A stretch of 64,000 nucleotides of DNA, from positions 33,294,001-33,358,000 of the forward strand of contig NC_043004.1 in the NCBI RefSeq assembly GCF_006345805.1, given 5' to 3'. The position numbers and the translations under genes are program-made. This stretch comes from Octopus sinensis. Taxonomy: Eukaryota. Positions 26,383 to 39,540 of the stretch are shown here, piece after piece. The notes under the pieces were generated by a model. It was not told the DNA's origin. It searched no databases and saw only the letters and a list, made by a program, of their open reading frames with translations. Position 1 is the first letter of the stretch. Each line of letters opens with the position of its first letter.

Positions 26383-27900
26383 GCCATATGCTAGTTCACA
26401 AAACCATTCCTTCAGAATCAGATTCCAAAGGGCAAAGATATAGAAGAAACTAAATATCTGTCATTTGTGTTTTAAACCTTGTCAGTCAGCAGCTGGTTGT
26501 AAAAGTCACTTAAGGGCTCATCAATAGAGTGACTGTGCTGTATAACGGGGTGTGGTGTGTGTGTTGATGGGACGGTTATTATTTGTCAAGATGAAGCAAT
26601 CATCATGTATAAATGTATGTATGTATGTATGTATGCATATGTGCAGATTTGTATGTTTTGTTTTATATATGTCTTCTCATGAATATACTTGCATATCTAG
26701 AGAGGCTCATATATACTTAAATGATAAACTTCTGGAAAGCTTTACAGATTCTTACAGTTCCAGTGATGGATTGGATCTGTAGTCTTCGAATCAGTTTTCT
26801 CCTTACTGGTTTTGAGAAGCCTAATTTCTCAAGATTGGTATTTAGGCAGTGTGTTACACATCCCAGGGCCCCAATAATTACAGGTATAAACATGAACTTG
26901 TAATCTGGATAGAGTAACAGCAGATTTCTCAATAGTTCAGTATAGGTGTCCTCTTTTTCACTGACCTTCAGTTTTATGTTAACATCTGCTGGACAGCTGA
27001 TTTCCATAACAGTGCACAGTTTCTCTTCTCTATCCCAAATCATTATATCGGGTCTATTACGTTTACATTTTATTGAGGTTTTCACTGGGACATTCCCCAT
27101 TTTATTATGAATGGCTATGGCTTCTACCATACTGTGGATTCTTGTTTCTTTGTCCTCAGGGTTTTCCTTCTGACCAATTTCATTATATAGTGCCCTAGCT
27201 ACAACATCCTGTCTCATTGGTAGATAATACCGTGATGACATTTTCAGACAGCTGCTTATGATGTGGATAATATCTTCAGTGTGATCTCCACAAAGTCAGC
27301 GTAGGTTGTCACATTTTACTGCTTTTCCTGCATCTCTATCCCTTTTGTGCATCAGGTACTTGGTTGATATTACCTGTTCCTAGATTGCAAATGCATACCC
27401 TTCAAAGTAGGAGGTAGTAATCTGGTTATTTGTCCATAATAGACTGCTTTGATGATCGATGTTACTATAATCTCAGAGCTTTCTTCTAACATGTCCATGC
27501 ATGGTTTTCTTCTTATATCCGCTCATCCTTTCATCTGATGATACATTGTAGCAGAGTTGTGTGACTTCTTTGGGCATGTATTTAAGGTTATCAGACAAAG
27601 AATGCTGCTCAAAGAGTTGCCTTCCAAGTCATATGATGTTATCAGCCTCGTGTATGCAAACTTGGTCAAGGATGCACTTTCATACTTTGGTGGTTAAAAG
27701 ATTTTGCTGAAGAGATATGATATAACATTCAAAGGCAGTTTGGATCGATGGAAATCGTCTGCCACCTTGTTTTCGTTTTAGGTAGAGGCAATCTGTGTCA
27801 CTGTTGATGTGTACTTGTTAGTATCTTCTGAGCTTAAATGTCAATAGCTCAGGTCCCATCAACCATCCAGTCAAGCGGCCCAAATATTTGTATGAGAATT
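26383..27900 (-). pseudogene. R4/Dong-type non-LTR retrotransposon 3' portion (post-RT region, CCHC knuckle, restriction-like endonuclease, 3' UTR)
   Basis: CLYLKRKQGGR; LCGDHTEDIIHIISSC; RPDIMIWDREEKLCTVMEISCPADVNI...EKEDTY...IPVIIGALG (ORF 26717-27241); stops present. Confidence 0.85.
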
Positions 27901-27944
27901 GGCACTGCAAGCTCATTGTGGGGCCCCTGTTTTTTTAGTCATCT

Positions 27945-28770
27945 AATGAGAAATTTCAGGTGTGGAAGCAAGGTCTAAAATCCAAAGGCTTTAGAGTTAA
28001 TTTAGCAAAGACCAAATTTCTAGTAAGTAGGAAAACAGGCAGATCACTGACCCCTTCAGGGAGATGGCCCTGCTCAATATGTAGAAAAGGTGTTGGCAGA
28101 AACTATATATGGTATATCCAGTGCTAGCTATGAACACATAAAATGTGCAACAGTATTACAGGAAGGTTAACAGAGAAAGTAGATGTGTTGGTACATTAAG
28201 CCTTAGGAATAGACGGAAAATAAACTCCTTCAAATGTCCAGGGGGATCCATAGAAACAGTAAATATTTTCTGTTACTTAGGTGACCAAGTTAGCAGCCGA
28301 GAAGGTAGTACAGAAAGCATGGTTGAAGAATGGGCCGGGCAGAGCTTAGAGAAGTACTATCTTTGTCGGTAACAAAGGGCCTCTCGCTTAGAGTGAAAGG
28401 CAGATTGTATGATGCCTGTATATGAACATCTATGCTACATAGCGATGAGACATGGGCTGTGACTATTGAGGATATGTGAAAACTTGAAAGAAATGAAGCC
28501 AGCATGCTCCACTGGATGGGTAATATCAGTGTGCTTGTATGACAGTGTGTAAGTGATTTGAGACAAAAAATTTCATATACTAGGCATCAGATGTAGTGTG
28601 CAAGAGCGAAGACTGTGCTGGTATGGTCATGTGATGCGTATGGATGAGGATAGCTGGAGGGAACATGTGGAAAGGTAGACCTAGGGGACATAGGAAGAAG
28701 TAGTGAAAAAGGATCTTCCGACACTATGCCTTCTGGTGATTTGCTGTGCTTGAGAAGACACGTCAAAATC
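27945..28770 (+). pseudogene. RTE-clade LINE reverse transcriptase C-terminal remnant
   Basis: RVNLAKTK, FCYLGD, KGLSLRVKGRLYDAC, WYGHVMRMDED; frameshifts and stops. Confidence 0.88.
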
Positions 28771-28794
28771 ATGGCTATCTATATATACAGGCAA

Positions 28795-29010
28795 GGCAGC
28801 AAGCTGGCAGAAACGTTAGCATGCCAGATGAAATGCTTAGTGGTATTTTGTCTGTCTTTATGTTCTGAGTTCAAATTCTGCCGAGGTTGACTTTGCCTTT
28901 CATCCTTTTGGGGTCGATAAACTAAGTACCAGTTGCATACTGGGGTCAATCTAATCAACTGGTCCCATCCCCCAAAATTTCGGGCATTGGGCTTAGAGTA
29001 GAAAAGAACA
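28795..29010 (+). mobile_element. Family C SINE
   Basis: Similar to 23508-23730. Confidence 0.8.
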
Positions 29011-29049
29011 TCTATACATACACGCATGTCCCTGTATCAGCTGAGAGGT

Positions 29050-29410
29050 CCCATGGACTTGCAGGTGGTGTGCCATGTAAGAAGCACCTATACTGGTGCC
29101 ATGTAAAATGCACCTGTGCCAGTGATATGTAGGAAGCACCCATTCTGGTGCCAAATAAAAAAAAGCATCTGCTTGGGGCCAGATAAAAAGCTCCTCTGCC
29201 TGTACCATGTAAAAACCATCTGTATCAGTGCCATACAGAAAGCACCAGTGCTGGTTCCACGTATAAAGCCATCAATACACTCTGGGATGTGATTGGCATT
29301 AGTTTGTAGGAACCATGCTAAAGCAGACATTAGTACAGCCCTCTGGCCTTTTGGCTCATGTCAAACTGTCCAATCCATACCATTATGGAAGATAAATGTT
29401 TGGTGATGAT
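29050..29410 (+). mobile_element. Degenerate family B RTE-tail element
   Basis: Repeated ggtgccatgtaaaa-gcacc blocks and degenerate 3' end. Confidence 0.7.
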
Positions 29411-29583
29411 GATGCGTGTGTGTGCACATATCTGTATGTATATATACATACATACATATATATATATATATTTATACACACACACACACACTTATATATA
29501 CATATATACATATATACATATATAAATGTAGATATATATCATCATCATCATCATCATTTAGCGTCCGTTTTCCATGCTAGCAT

Positions 29584-29626
<43 letters not shown>

Positions 29627-29708
29627 AACATATATTTATGAATATGTATGTATGCATATATATGAATAAATATATCTATATCTAAATGTTTATCTATTTA
29701 TCTATATA

Positions 29709-30091
29709 CTAGCAGTATCGCCCGGCGTTGCTCGGGTTGTAAGGGAAATAAATATATAAGCATTTTTAGAGAGTTATAGCCAAAAAATAGCAAAAAAATG
29801 CATTAAAAATTGAAAAAAAATTAAGGTAAATTTTTTTTAAAATCGTTGACACATCGTAGATATTTTTAGAGAGTTACTTCCCTTATATAAAAGCGAAAAA
29901 ATGCATTAAAATGGAAAAATATGATGGTAAATTTTTTTTAAATCGTAGACTCACGCTAATACCCAGAAGGGCTCGATATGAATCACGACTATAAGATACC
30001 CGCTTTTGGTTAAACTGCACCGCAAAATGTGGGAGTAGTTAGGAATCTAAATCGTAGGAGACAGACACACAACTTCACTCTTATATAAAGA
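29709..30091 (-). mobile_element. Non-autonomous Helitron (relative of 12168-12681)
   Basis: Same 3' hairpin and CTAG|T, 5' A|TCTTTATATAAG; shared internal sequence. Confidence 0.85.
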
Positions 30092-30193
30092 TGCTTTTTT
30101 TTTGTCAGTCATAGAGTTAGATTTATGAAGGTCTTCAGTAGAAAATCCTTCGAATTCTGACTCGCTGCTTGATATAATGAAATTCGTATCCAT
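30047..30193 (-). other. Short ORF (48 aa) MDTNFIISSSESEFEGFSTEDL..., running into the Helitron
   Basis: AAAAATG start just after an in-frame TGA; acidic Ser-rich EFEGF motif; no splice donor found before the Helitron. Confidence 0.3.
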
Positions 30194-30588
30194 TTTTTGT
30201 CAGAATTACAAATTTTGAAAACACAATAGGAACAAATTTCGGAAAAAAATCTCCCATAATTCACGGAATTAAAATTACACTTCGATTTTAGTACAAAACT
30301 GTAGTTGAAGTGTTTACGAAGTATAATACGTGTTTTCACGAATGTACTAAAGAGATTTGCTCTGATATTCTCATTTAAATATGAATAGGTAAATTCGGGC
30401 GGCTTGGTAACTATATATAAGTGTCGTCTGTTTATACATAAACACTGTTTCATACTGCAATTATATATACATATATCTATATATAATATTATATAATAAA
30501 ATATATACAGAGTAAAATAAAAACCAATTTACCTTTTCTGTCCGTCCGTGTGTCTTTGCAAATGTGTTGGAATGATAAGTGAGTTGAG

Positions 30589-30598
30589 TTTTGGCGCC
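30589..30598. promoter_or_regulatory. E2F-type site TTTTGGCGCC in a CpG-rich patch
   Basis: Motif match only; lies upstream of a minus-strand donor AAG|gtaaat at 30532. Confidence 0.25.
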
Positions 30599-30719
30599 TT
30601 TTTTACTAATAACAAACACACACGTGTTTGTATGTAGTTGTATGTGTATGTAGTTGTATGTAGTTGTATATGTATGTGTATGCGTGTGTGTGAGGAATGA
30701 CACACACACACTCACGCAT

Positions 30720-31254
30720 GCACATCAATGCTTTCGGAGTGATATGTTAAAATATTGAGTTTTCTCGAATTTTGTCTTAATTGGTGGTAAAATTGAAAGA
30801 AATTTTTTATGGCATCACCCATTGAAGTACTCTGAAAAATCTTAGGTAAATTCTAATTGAAGAAATTGTGTGAGGACTAAATGGTTATGTATTTATTTGT
30901 TTCTGTTTGCTGTGTTTTTTTATTTTTTGAGTAGTGGTTTAAATACTTTCAGTTTAGTCTTCCTCAAATCACTATGTCGCTATTTACTTTCATTTTATTC
31001 GTTGCACAATGTGTGTGTGCGTTTGCGTGTGGTGTAAACCAGACTAAGAAAAGCATTTGACACACACACCAGAATGTGAGTTTTCTGTAAATTTTGCTTA
31101 ATTGGAGTTTAAATTTTAAAAACTGGACCTGGCATGACGCGATGCATTGTACTCTTAAAAATGGTAGGTAAATTGTAATTGAAGAAATCCTATATTGTAG
31201 ATTTCTATAACTCCCAAAGGGAGGCAGATAAAATCTGCCTTTTATAATAAGAGA
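30720..31254 (-). mobile_element. Probable Helitron 5' portion (different family), no own 3' end
   Basis: A|TCTCTTATTATAAAAGG start; hairpins ggcagat-aaa-atctgcc and ctccc-aaa-gggag; internal repeat 30760-30865 vs 31081-31187. Confidence 0.45.
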
Positions 31255-32394
31255 TAAGCATATATACATACATGTAGATATATGTATATCTGTGTCTGTG
31301 TAAATGCATTTGTGTGTGTGTGCATATGTGCATGCACACACACACATATATATATACATACACAAATATATACATGCATATATATTTGCACAAACCAACA
31401 CCCACACATGTATATAAATATATACGTATTTCAACAGAAAGCAGGAACAATATGAAGACATATCAACATAAACAATCTGCAATCTAACAGCTTTCACTTT
31501 CACTCCTGTCTGGCGGATGAACCTCTCTAAAGTCAAAAAGTAGACAAAGTCAAACTTCCTGTTGAAAAATCATTCTGAAGATCTTTATAGAATTGCTATT
31601 TTTATTTCTTTAATCATTTATTTATTTAAAATTCACACAATGCTTTATTATCGTTTATTATTATTTTTATTTTTTTGACTCAATAACTTGAACTGTTTTC
31701 ATTGTTTAACTTTGAAGAGGTTGTTGACTTTGTCTTATAAAATCTAATCTGTAAAGAAAAAAAGAACCACCTTGAGACTGTGAAGAACAGTAGGTCTCTT
31801 AGTCTTTGCCATTTCCCCATTATAAATCAAAGACACAAATATAAATAATAAATGCATTGACTTTCTTAGTCAATTTAAAGAAGGTTATAAAACTGAATTA
31901 CTCACTTCCAAATATAGATTATTTTTGACCAATCGAAACAACTAGTTGCTTTAGCGAAAAGAGAAATTGTGAGAAGATATTATTTCCCTTGAAAAAAAAG
32001 GGGTATATCTGTTGGAGAAAAGACAAGAAACTAATTGGAATATTGGATGATGTAATTCTATGGAAGTGAAAACAAAACTATAAAAGGAATGTATGTATAT
32101 TGTTTAATAAATGTCATCAATTGTATTATGCTGAGAAAATAAAGAACAAACTAAACAGACATGAATATTATCTTTGTGGATCTGTCTCTCTTGGACAAAA
32201 AAAAGACACAAAAGAAAAACACAATGAATTAATGTCTGCCCTATGTAGGCGTGGCTGTGTGGTTATATGTTTGGTTCTCAAACACACAGTTCCGGGTTCA
32301 GCCCCACTGTGTGGTACCTTGGGCAAATGTCTTCTGCTATAGTCCTGTTACCTGGGGTTATCTCTATCTCTCTCTCTCTCTACACACACACACA

Positions 32395-33290
32395 TATATC
32401 ATCATCATCATCATTTAATGTCCATTGTCCCATGCTGGCATGGGTTGAACAGTTTGACCAAAGGTGCACTAGACTCCAGTCTAATTTGGCATGGTTTTTA
32501 TGGCAAGATGCCCTTCCTACACCAACCACTTTACAGAGTATGCTGGGTGCTTTTACGTGGCACTGCACAGGCACTTTTACGTGGTGTCACACGAGCACTT
32601 TTTATGTGGTACTGGAAGGGCACGATTATGTGACACCACTATGAGTGCTTTAGACCACCAGAAGGATTGGTATTAACACACCTGTTGTGGATTACAGGTC
32701 CTCATAACTTCAGCAAGCATCAGGCATCTCGGTCCTTTGTTATCTTACCTGACAAGTTCAGCATCCTGAGGTTGTTCTTCAGTACTTCATCCCATGTCTT
32801 CCTGGGTCTCCCTCTTTCACATGTTCCACCTACTTTGAGAGATCGGCATTTCTTTACAGAGCTGTCAGCATCCATCTGCATCATATGACCAAAACAGCAC
32901 AGTTTTCTCTCTTGCACATGATGACTAATTTCTCTTATGTCTAACTTCTCTCTCAAAACACTTGAACATTAAAAAAATCAAGTGGACCACACTAGCCTTG
33001 GTCTTCTCTAACCTTCGCATGTTCTCTGCATTCAGAGCCCAGGTCTCACTACCATGTAGAATTGTTGTCTGTATACATGTATCATACAATCTTCCTTTCA
33101 CTTGGAGAGAGAAACCTTTTGGGGCCAACGGAGGTAACAGCTTTCTGAATTTCCTGCAGCCTATTCTTATTGTAGCTATTACACTCTCTGTGCATCCTCC
33201 CCCAATACTAATTTGGTCCTCTATAAAGAAATTATTTACAACCTCTAATGAACCACCCAGGCATTTGAGAGAATCAATTTCCCCAGGTCT
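32395..33290 (-). pseudogene. 5'-truncated RTE LINE with 3' UTR and (GAT)n tail
   Basis: KGFSLQVKGRLYDTC, GSETWAL, FGHMMQMD, RGRPRKTWDE; continues into the family B tail. Confidence 0.88.
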
Positions 33291-33304
33291 CTAAATATAT
33301 ATAT

Positions 33305-33510
33305 ATATTACGGAGATACACTTGCATAGCAAGTGACCTGATCTGAGAACGTGTGCTGGAACGAAAACAATTGCAGCGTGGAAGGTGTTTATAAGTCATT
33401 TAAGAAACACACAAAACCTGTTAGATTCACTTCAACATTTAAATATAATTTGTCAAAATATTTTCGTCGCTTTGAGATCGCGACATGTGTACACTGATAA
33501 AATTCCGTGC
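33305..33510 (-). mobile_element. CpG-rich repeat tail with decayed hammerhead-like motif (Penelope-type end?)
   Basis: ttatca-GTGTACA-cat-gtcgc...gcgac-GAAA-atat-TT-tgacaa at 33450-33500. Confidence 0.35.
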
Positions 33511-33659
33511 AGCCCGGAATTTTTCTTAAGCTTTAGTACTCATAATGCAATTTGCCCAGCATCCATGGAGTATAAGTGACCAATAAGTGGCTGAGATCAT
33601 AATGCACCCACTGAAGAGCAGACCGGTCTATTACAGAGTTCAAAGACAACAATTTTCCG

Positions 33660-33840
33660 GTGGTGGGGCGGGGTGGGTCAATTACAATGACCGCAGTATT
33701 TAACTGGGATTTGTATTGACCCTAAAGGGATGAAAGCAAAGTTAACATTGGCAGGATTTGAACTCAGAATGTAAAGAGCCAGAGAGATACTGCAAAAGAT
33801 TTTGTGTGATGTGTTAATGATTCTGCCACATCATTGTTTC
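33660..33840 (-). mobile_element. Degenerate family C SINE
   Basis: gggatgaaagcaaagttaac...tttgaactcagaatg. Confidence 0.65.
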
Positions 33841-34018
33841 CGAGAGTGGAATTAATAAATTCTTTATCTGCAGACACCATCATTTCCAAAACAGTCTTAT
33901 TTCTTATCAAAGACAAAATTAAATCTTGTTTTTTTAAAAAATAAATAAATAAATAAATAAAAACATAAACAAAATAAATGTGGCAAGAATTTAAGAGTCT
34001 AATTTTTTACACTTCTAT

Positions 34019-34050
<32 letters not shown>

Positions 34051-34974
34051 CCAAAACCACCACCACCACCATCATCATCACCATCATCATCATTATCATC
34101 ATCATCATCTTCATCATTATCATCATCGTTGTCGTTGTCACCATCATTGTCATTTTAATGTCCATTCCTCCATGTGTGGAAGGATCAGATGAACTACATT
34201 AGGACGAAATATTCCATAGCTGGATACTCTTTCTCTTGCCAATTCTCACGTGTTACCAAGCACGGCAAATACCCTCTGGTCTTTGAAACATCAAACAGCC
34301 CAGACATGGTTACATGGAGAACTGGGAACAATTGGCAGCATTTGTTGACTGGTGGGGTTTTCGTTTACGAAGAATGCTCACCATGTCAAGAAGCCTGGGT
34401 GTGATTTCACGGTGGACCACAAACAAAGAACACTGTATGCACGGACACCAAGGCTTTTGCTTATAATCAGTGAATATAAGTGAAGATGAGAGAAAATCCA
34501 AACCCACTTACATAGACCTACATATGCACATGTACACATACGCACACAGACACACACATATGCACACGGATGCACATACATGCACAAACACAGACACATC
34601 CACACACACACACACATACACACACAACCCAGGCTGTCATATGCAGATAATGCTGGCCCTGTTGCATATAAACAAGACATCCAAATCATAATGCATCCTT
34701 TTCTAGGGCTTGTTGTGCTTTTGGATTGACTATCAGTACACACACACACACACAACGCACCCTCACACACACACACACAACACACACACACACACACAAA
34801 ACACACACACACACACAACGCACCCTTACACACACATGGTTTGGCAAAAGAGACCGATAGAATAAATACTAGGCTTACAAAGAATAAGTCCTGGAGTCAA
34901 TCATGTTCAATTAAAAGCAGTGCTCCAGCATGGCTGCAATCAAATGATTGAAACAAATAAAAGAATAAAAGAAT

Positions 34975-35300
34975 ATACTGCCTTTTGTACAATTTATTTT
35001 GAAAAAAAATGAAGAATTTAATGAAAAATAGTAATTGTTATAAAGAATCTGTGTTTGAAACCTAAATCAACATAGAACTTTGATGGATGGTTCTAATTTA
35101 GATCACTTTCAAATGGAATTTGTATTATAAACCGAAAGGTAGTTTTAAGGTATGCTGGTATCAATGAAATACACCGCTTCTGTTTTCAATGGTTTTGAAA
35201 GCAATGAAGAATTTAGTAAAATAGCTTTGTATTTATTAAAGCTACTGTTTAAGATTTTTTTTTATTTAGGTAAGTTTAAAATAGAATTTGTGTCTTAAAA
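34975..35300. mobile_element. AT-rich interspersed repeat, two tandem units
   Basis: Similarity to 23895-24110 and to the reverse of 62781-63395. Confidence 0.55.
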
Positions 35301-36659
35301 CCTGGGGTATTTTCATGTGGATTGGCATATAAAGAGTTAATTGCATAAATGAAAAGAAATTCTATCAAGTGAGAATTGAAACTTGCTCACTCTTTCAAAA
35401 TGTTTGGTGCATTTGTCTTGTTCTACGGCACTTGCCAAGACAATTAAAGTAGTAAGTGAAAGAAGGTCTCATTCTGTCTATTTGGATATTATTGGTATCA
35501 TGTTGGCATTCTGTCAATTCAAATTATGTCATGGAGAACCATCAGCATGAAATATTTTAATAATAACATGGCTACAAAGAATGCCAACACTTAATTGGTC
35601 AGAGAGGCTTGAATTAGAAACTATATCCATCAGTTTGTTAAACTATCTGAGTGTGATGATGAGAACATTTATGAGTGGAACACATCATCGTTAGTTGTTA
35701 AACAGAACCTTTTAAATGACATCTTCAATGGATTAGCTTGAAAATATAATAAATCTACAGAATTGCATTGAAAACTTTTATATCATTTTACATTAAATCC
35801 CCAAACTAACTTCAATAGGATAGGTCTGTGCAACTATAGGCATTTAATCAAATTACTTTTGCAAATGGTTTACAACTTAAGACAATTGCAAGCACCATAT
35901 ACACAATCATATTTCTATTCTACATACACCAAGACCAAGAAAGGAACTGCTATATGCACACATTAGTGTTGTACATACATTTGTGTGTGTGTGTGTGTGT
36001 GTGTGTAAATTTATGTATAGGTGTCAGATTGTCGTTAGAAAATATAAAACGACCAGCTATACTGAAACATAAAGAACAGATTTAAGTAAAACAGGTTTGC
36101 TATGACAGAGAGAGAGAGAGAGTCATTATCATATCTTGATTAGGTGTTTCAAGTTATATCTAAAACTGTTGAGCCTTTGGATATGTCAGCAGCAGATGAT
36201 TACTGAGTGCTTTGTGAGAAACTGAGGTTTTCAAAGAGAGAGAATGGCACAGCTGATAACTCTCGTTTGTAATTTGATATGTCAGTGACAAAACTGAAAA
36301 TAAATACACCCGCTACTGGAAGTGAAAATGTATATACACCACTAATGAATGCAAAATTTTATACACCATTAGGGAATGTAAAAAAATATATACAGCACTA
36401 TGAAAATAAAAATATATACACAATACCAGTGAAAGTAAATATACATCTATGCCACCACAAAAAAACATATATACATTTATACATACATGCATACATACAA
36501 ACATACATACATACATACATACATTCATACATACATACATTCATACATACATGCATACATACATACACATATTCATACATACATACAAACATACATACAT
36601 ACAAACCGTATACATACATACATACATACATACATACATACATGCATGCATGCGCACAT

Positions 36660-36965
36660 AATCTCATCATCGTTTAACGTCCGCTTTCCATGCTGGCAAG
36701 AGTTGGACGGTTTGACAGGGGGCTGGCAAACCAGGAGACTGCACCAGGCTCCACTCTGTTTCTGCAGCTGGTTGCCCTTCCTGACGCCAACTACTCTGAG
36801 AGTGTAGAGGTTGCTTTTTACGTGCCACTGGCACTGGTGCCAGTCAGGTGGCACTGGTATCAGCTATGTTTGGATGACGCTTTTTACGTGCTACTGGCAC
36901 AGGAGCCATTTGGGGTGGCAGTGGGGGCTGGCATCGATCACGTTCAGATGGTGCTTTTTACATGA
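36660..36965 (-). mobile_element. Family B RTE-tail element next to an (ACAT)n array (36480-36655)
   Basis: tttaacgtccgctttccatgc...ggttgcccttcctgacgcc. Confidence 0.85.
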
Positions 36966-37396
36966 TAGATAAATATATGAATGATAATATTTATGAAAAA
37001 TAATAACGGTATTGGCTGCAAGTGTACCGCCATATTTATATATTATATTTATATATTATATATATATATAATATATATATATATATAATATATATATATA
37101 TATATGTATACTAGGGTACTACATAAACACCTGCTTTGCTAAAAATAGAAGTGAAAATACTTCTAAGCCACAGAAGAATCACAAAATCAATACAGGCATG
37201 ATAGAAAAGAATTTTAGTGAACAAGAATGGTGTCCTACCTCTGCCAAGAATGCAAGAGGAATGCTGGATAATTTGTAATCATGATTTCAAATTTAGTGCC
37301 AAAGGTGCTTGAATCCTCTCAGTCAAATCTGCCAAGAGAGAAAGAGAAGTGAATGAATGGTAGCTGCAAAGAGACAAGGAGTGCGGATGAGGTGTC

Positions 37397-37720
37397 CTTG
37401 TAGATTAGTGGTTAGAATATTCGGCTCTTAATTGTAAGGTCAAGAGTTCGATTACCAGCAGTGTGTTGTGTCCTTGAGTAAGACACTTTATTTCACATTG
37501 CACCAGTCCACTCAGCTGGTAAAAGTGAGTTGTACTTGAATTTCAAAGGGCCAGCCTTGTCAGATTCTGTGTCATGCTGAATCTCCCTGAGAACTACATA
37601 AAGGATATGGATGTCTGTGGAGTACTCAACAAAATTCCATGTTAATTCCGTGATCAGGCTGTTCCATTGATTAGATCAACTGGAACCCTCATCATCACAA
37701 TGAATGGAATTCTAGTGAAA
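37397..37720 (+). mobile_element. Family D tRNA-derived SINE
   Basis: tagtggttag A-box, gagttcgattacc B-box, family core. Confidence 0.8.
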
Positions 37721-38210
37721 GGTGGCATAAATACATGTTTGGCTATGTGTATCTGTGTGCATGTGTGTGTCACTTTGTCCTGAGGCCATAAAATCATTGA
37801 TGCAGCAGAGTGCCACTCTGATAGAAGCAGTGTCTTTCATTTTCAGTCTTCTATGGAAACATCTCTACACAAGGTGGAATAATTCTTTATTTAGAAATAG
37901 ATGAGAGCTGGCAAGAGAAAGGGCATCTAGTTATAGAGAATCTACCTCAACACTTTTCATTGGGCTCATGCAGCCATTGACAAACAGACATGAAGATGAC
38001 AATGGTGATGCTAGTGTCTGTGTGTGTGTGTGCATGCATGCGTGTGTGCATGCATGTGTGTGTGTGTGCATGCGTGCATGCATGTATGTGTGTATATATG
38101 CACACATATACATACATATATACGTACTTATATATCTATATCTATATATATTTATAAGAAATTAAAAAAGAAAATACGCACACTTACATAGTTTTAATAT
38201 AATTTTTGAT

Positions 38211-38245
38211 ATATCGACCGGTTTCGCTATCACTATTCATGATAT
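38211..38245 (-). ncRNA. Minimal hammerhead-like motif with A3-U8 covariation
   Basis: atatc-ATGAATA-gt(gata)gc-GAAA-ccgg-TC-gatat: 5-bp helix I, palindromic CCGG helix III loop, GUC-type site. Confidence 0.5.
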
Positions 38246-38709
38246 GTTTTACTTATTTGAATATGTATTTTTTCTTAAGAAGAAATTTTGTTCATGCTGT
38301 GTGTGATGTTATTAACGAGTGAATGACTTCAAAGTAGATAAATAAGGGAAGGTAATTGGTTATTGTTGTGGGTAAGGGAGATAACTGTTCAGCTTTTGAT
38401 AATGGGAGGAGAATATATATTTACAGACAAAACCAAGCTTTGAAAACCTTGTTTAGTGAGGAGATTTATGTACAGTTATGCAATCATGAATTGAAATATG
38501 TAAAAAGATAAAAGTTGGTTATGCGTGCATATTAAGACGTGTTCTGGAGGCAGTGGTTGAAAGCAATGGCGATTTTATTGAATAAATTTACTCTTTAGTA
38601 TTTCAAGATATTTAAAAGTAATTTTGGTAAATATATCTGTTTAAATAAGATGTCAGTGTTATTTTCATTTTTACATAGTTTAGACAACAATGTATTCACT
38701 GCACACTGT

Positions 38710-38859
<150 letters not shown>

Positions 38860-38912
38860 TTATATATATATATGCATGTATGTGTGTATGTATGTATATA
38901 TATGTATATATA

Positions 38913-39223
38913 TTAGTGCTTCGGGCACTAGTCTTACAATTGTAAGGTCATGGGTTCAATTCCCAGCACACATTGTGTCCTTGAGCAAGACACTTTACTT
39001 CCCGTTGCTCCAGTCCACTCAGCTGGCAAAAGTGAGTGGTACAAGTTGTACCTGTAAAGGGGCCAGCCTTGTCCCTCTTTGTGTCATGCTGAATCTCCCT
39101 GAGAACTATGTTAAGGGTACACGTGCCTGTGGAGTGCTCAATCACTCGCATGTTATTGTCATGAATAAGCTGTTCCGTTGACCGTATCAGCTGGAACCCT
39201 TGTCGTCATAACTGACGGAGTGC
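38913..39223 (+). mobile_element. Family D tRNA-derived SINE
   Basis: gggttcaattcc B-box and family core and tail. Confidence 0.82.
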
Positions 39224-39245
39224 TTCTTTTTAATATATGTATATA

Positions 39246-39540
39246 TCTTTATATATATAAAACTGAGAATGTGTGTCTGTCTGTCTGTCTGTGTGTTTCC
39301 CTAAAACTTGAGAACTACACAACCAATTTCATTCAAATTTTACACATGCCTTACTTAGGGTCCATGTAGTTTCATGGGCAAAAGAAAAATGTTCAACTTC
39401 TTGCCTAGAGCGAGTCCATAGCAATATCATATCTTCTCCACTATTTCAGTATTATGTGTTAAAAGTGAAACAAAAACATTTCTCTATTTTATGTCTGATG
39501 CTTTCATTTTAACAATAAAAATAATAATAACAATTGAAAT
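39246..39540 (+). mobile_element. Helitron 5' portion
   Basis: A|TCTTTATATATATAAAACTG followed by (GTCT)n, same start style as 12168-12681. Confidence 0.6.
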
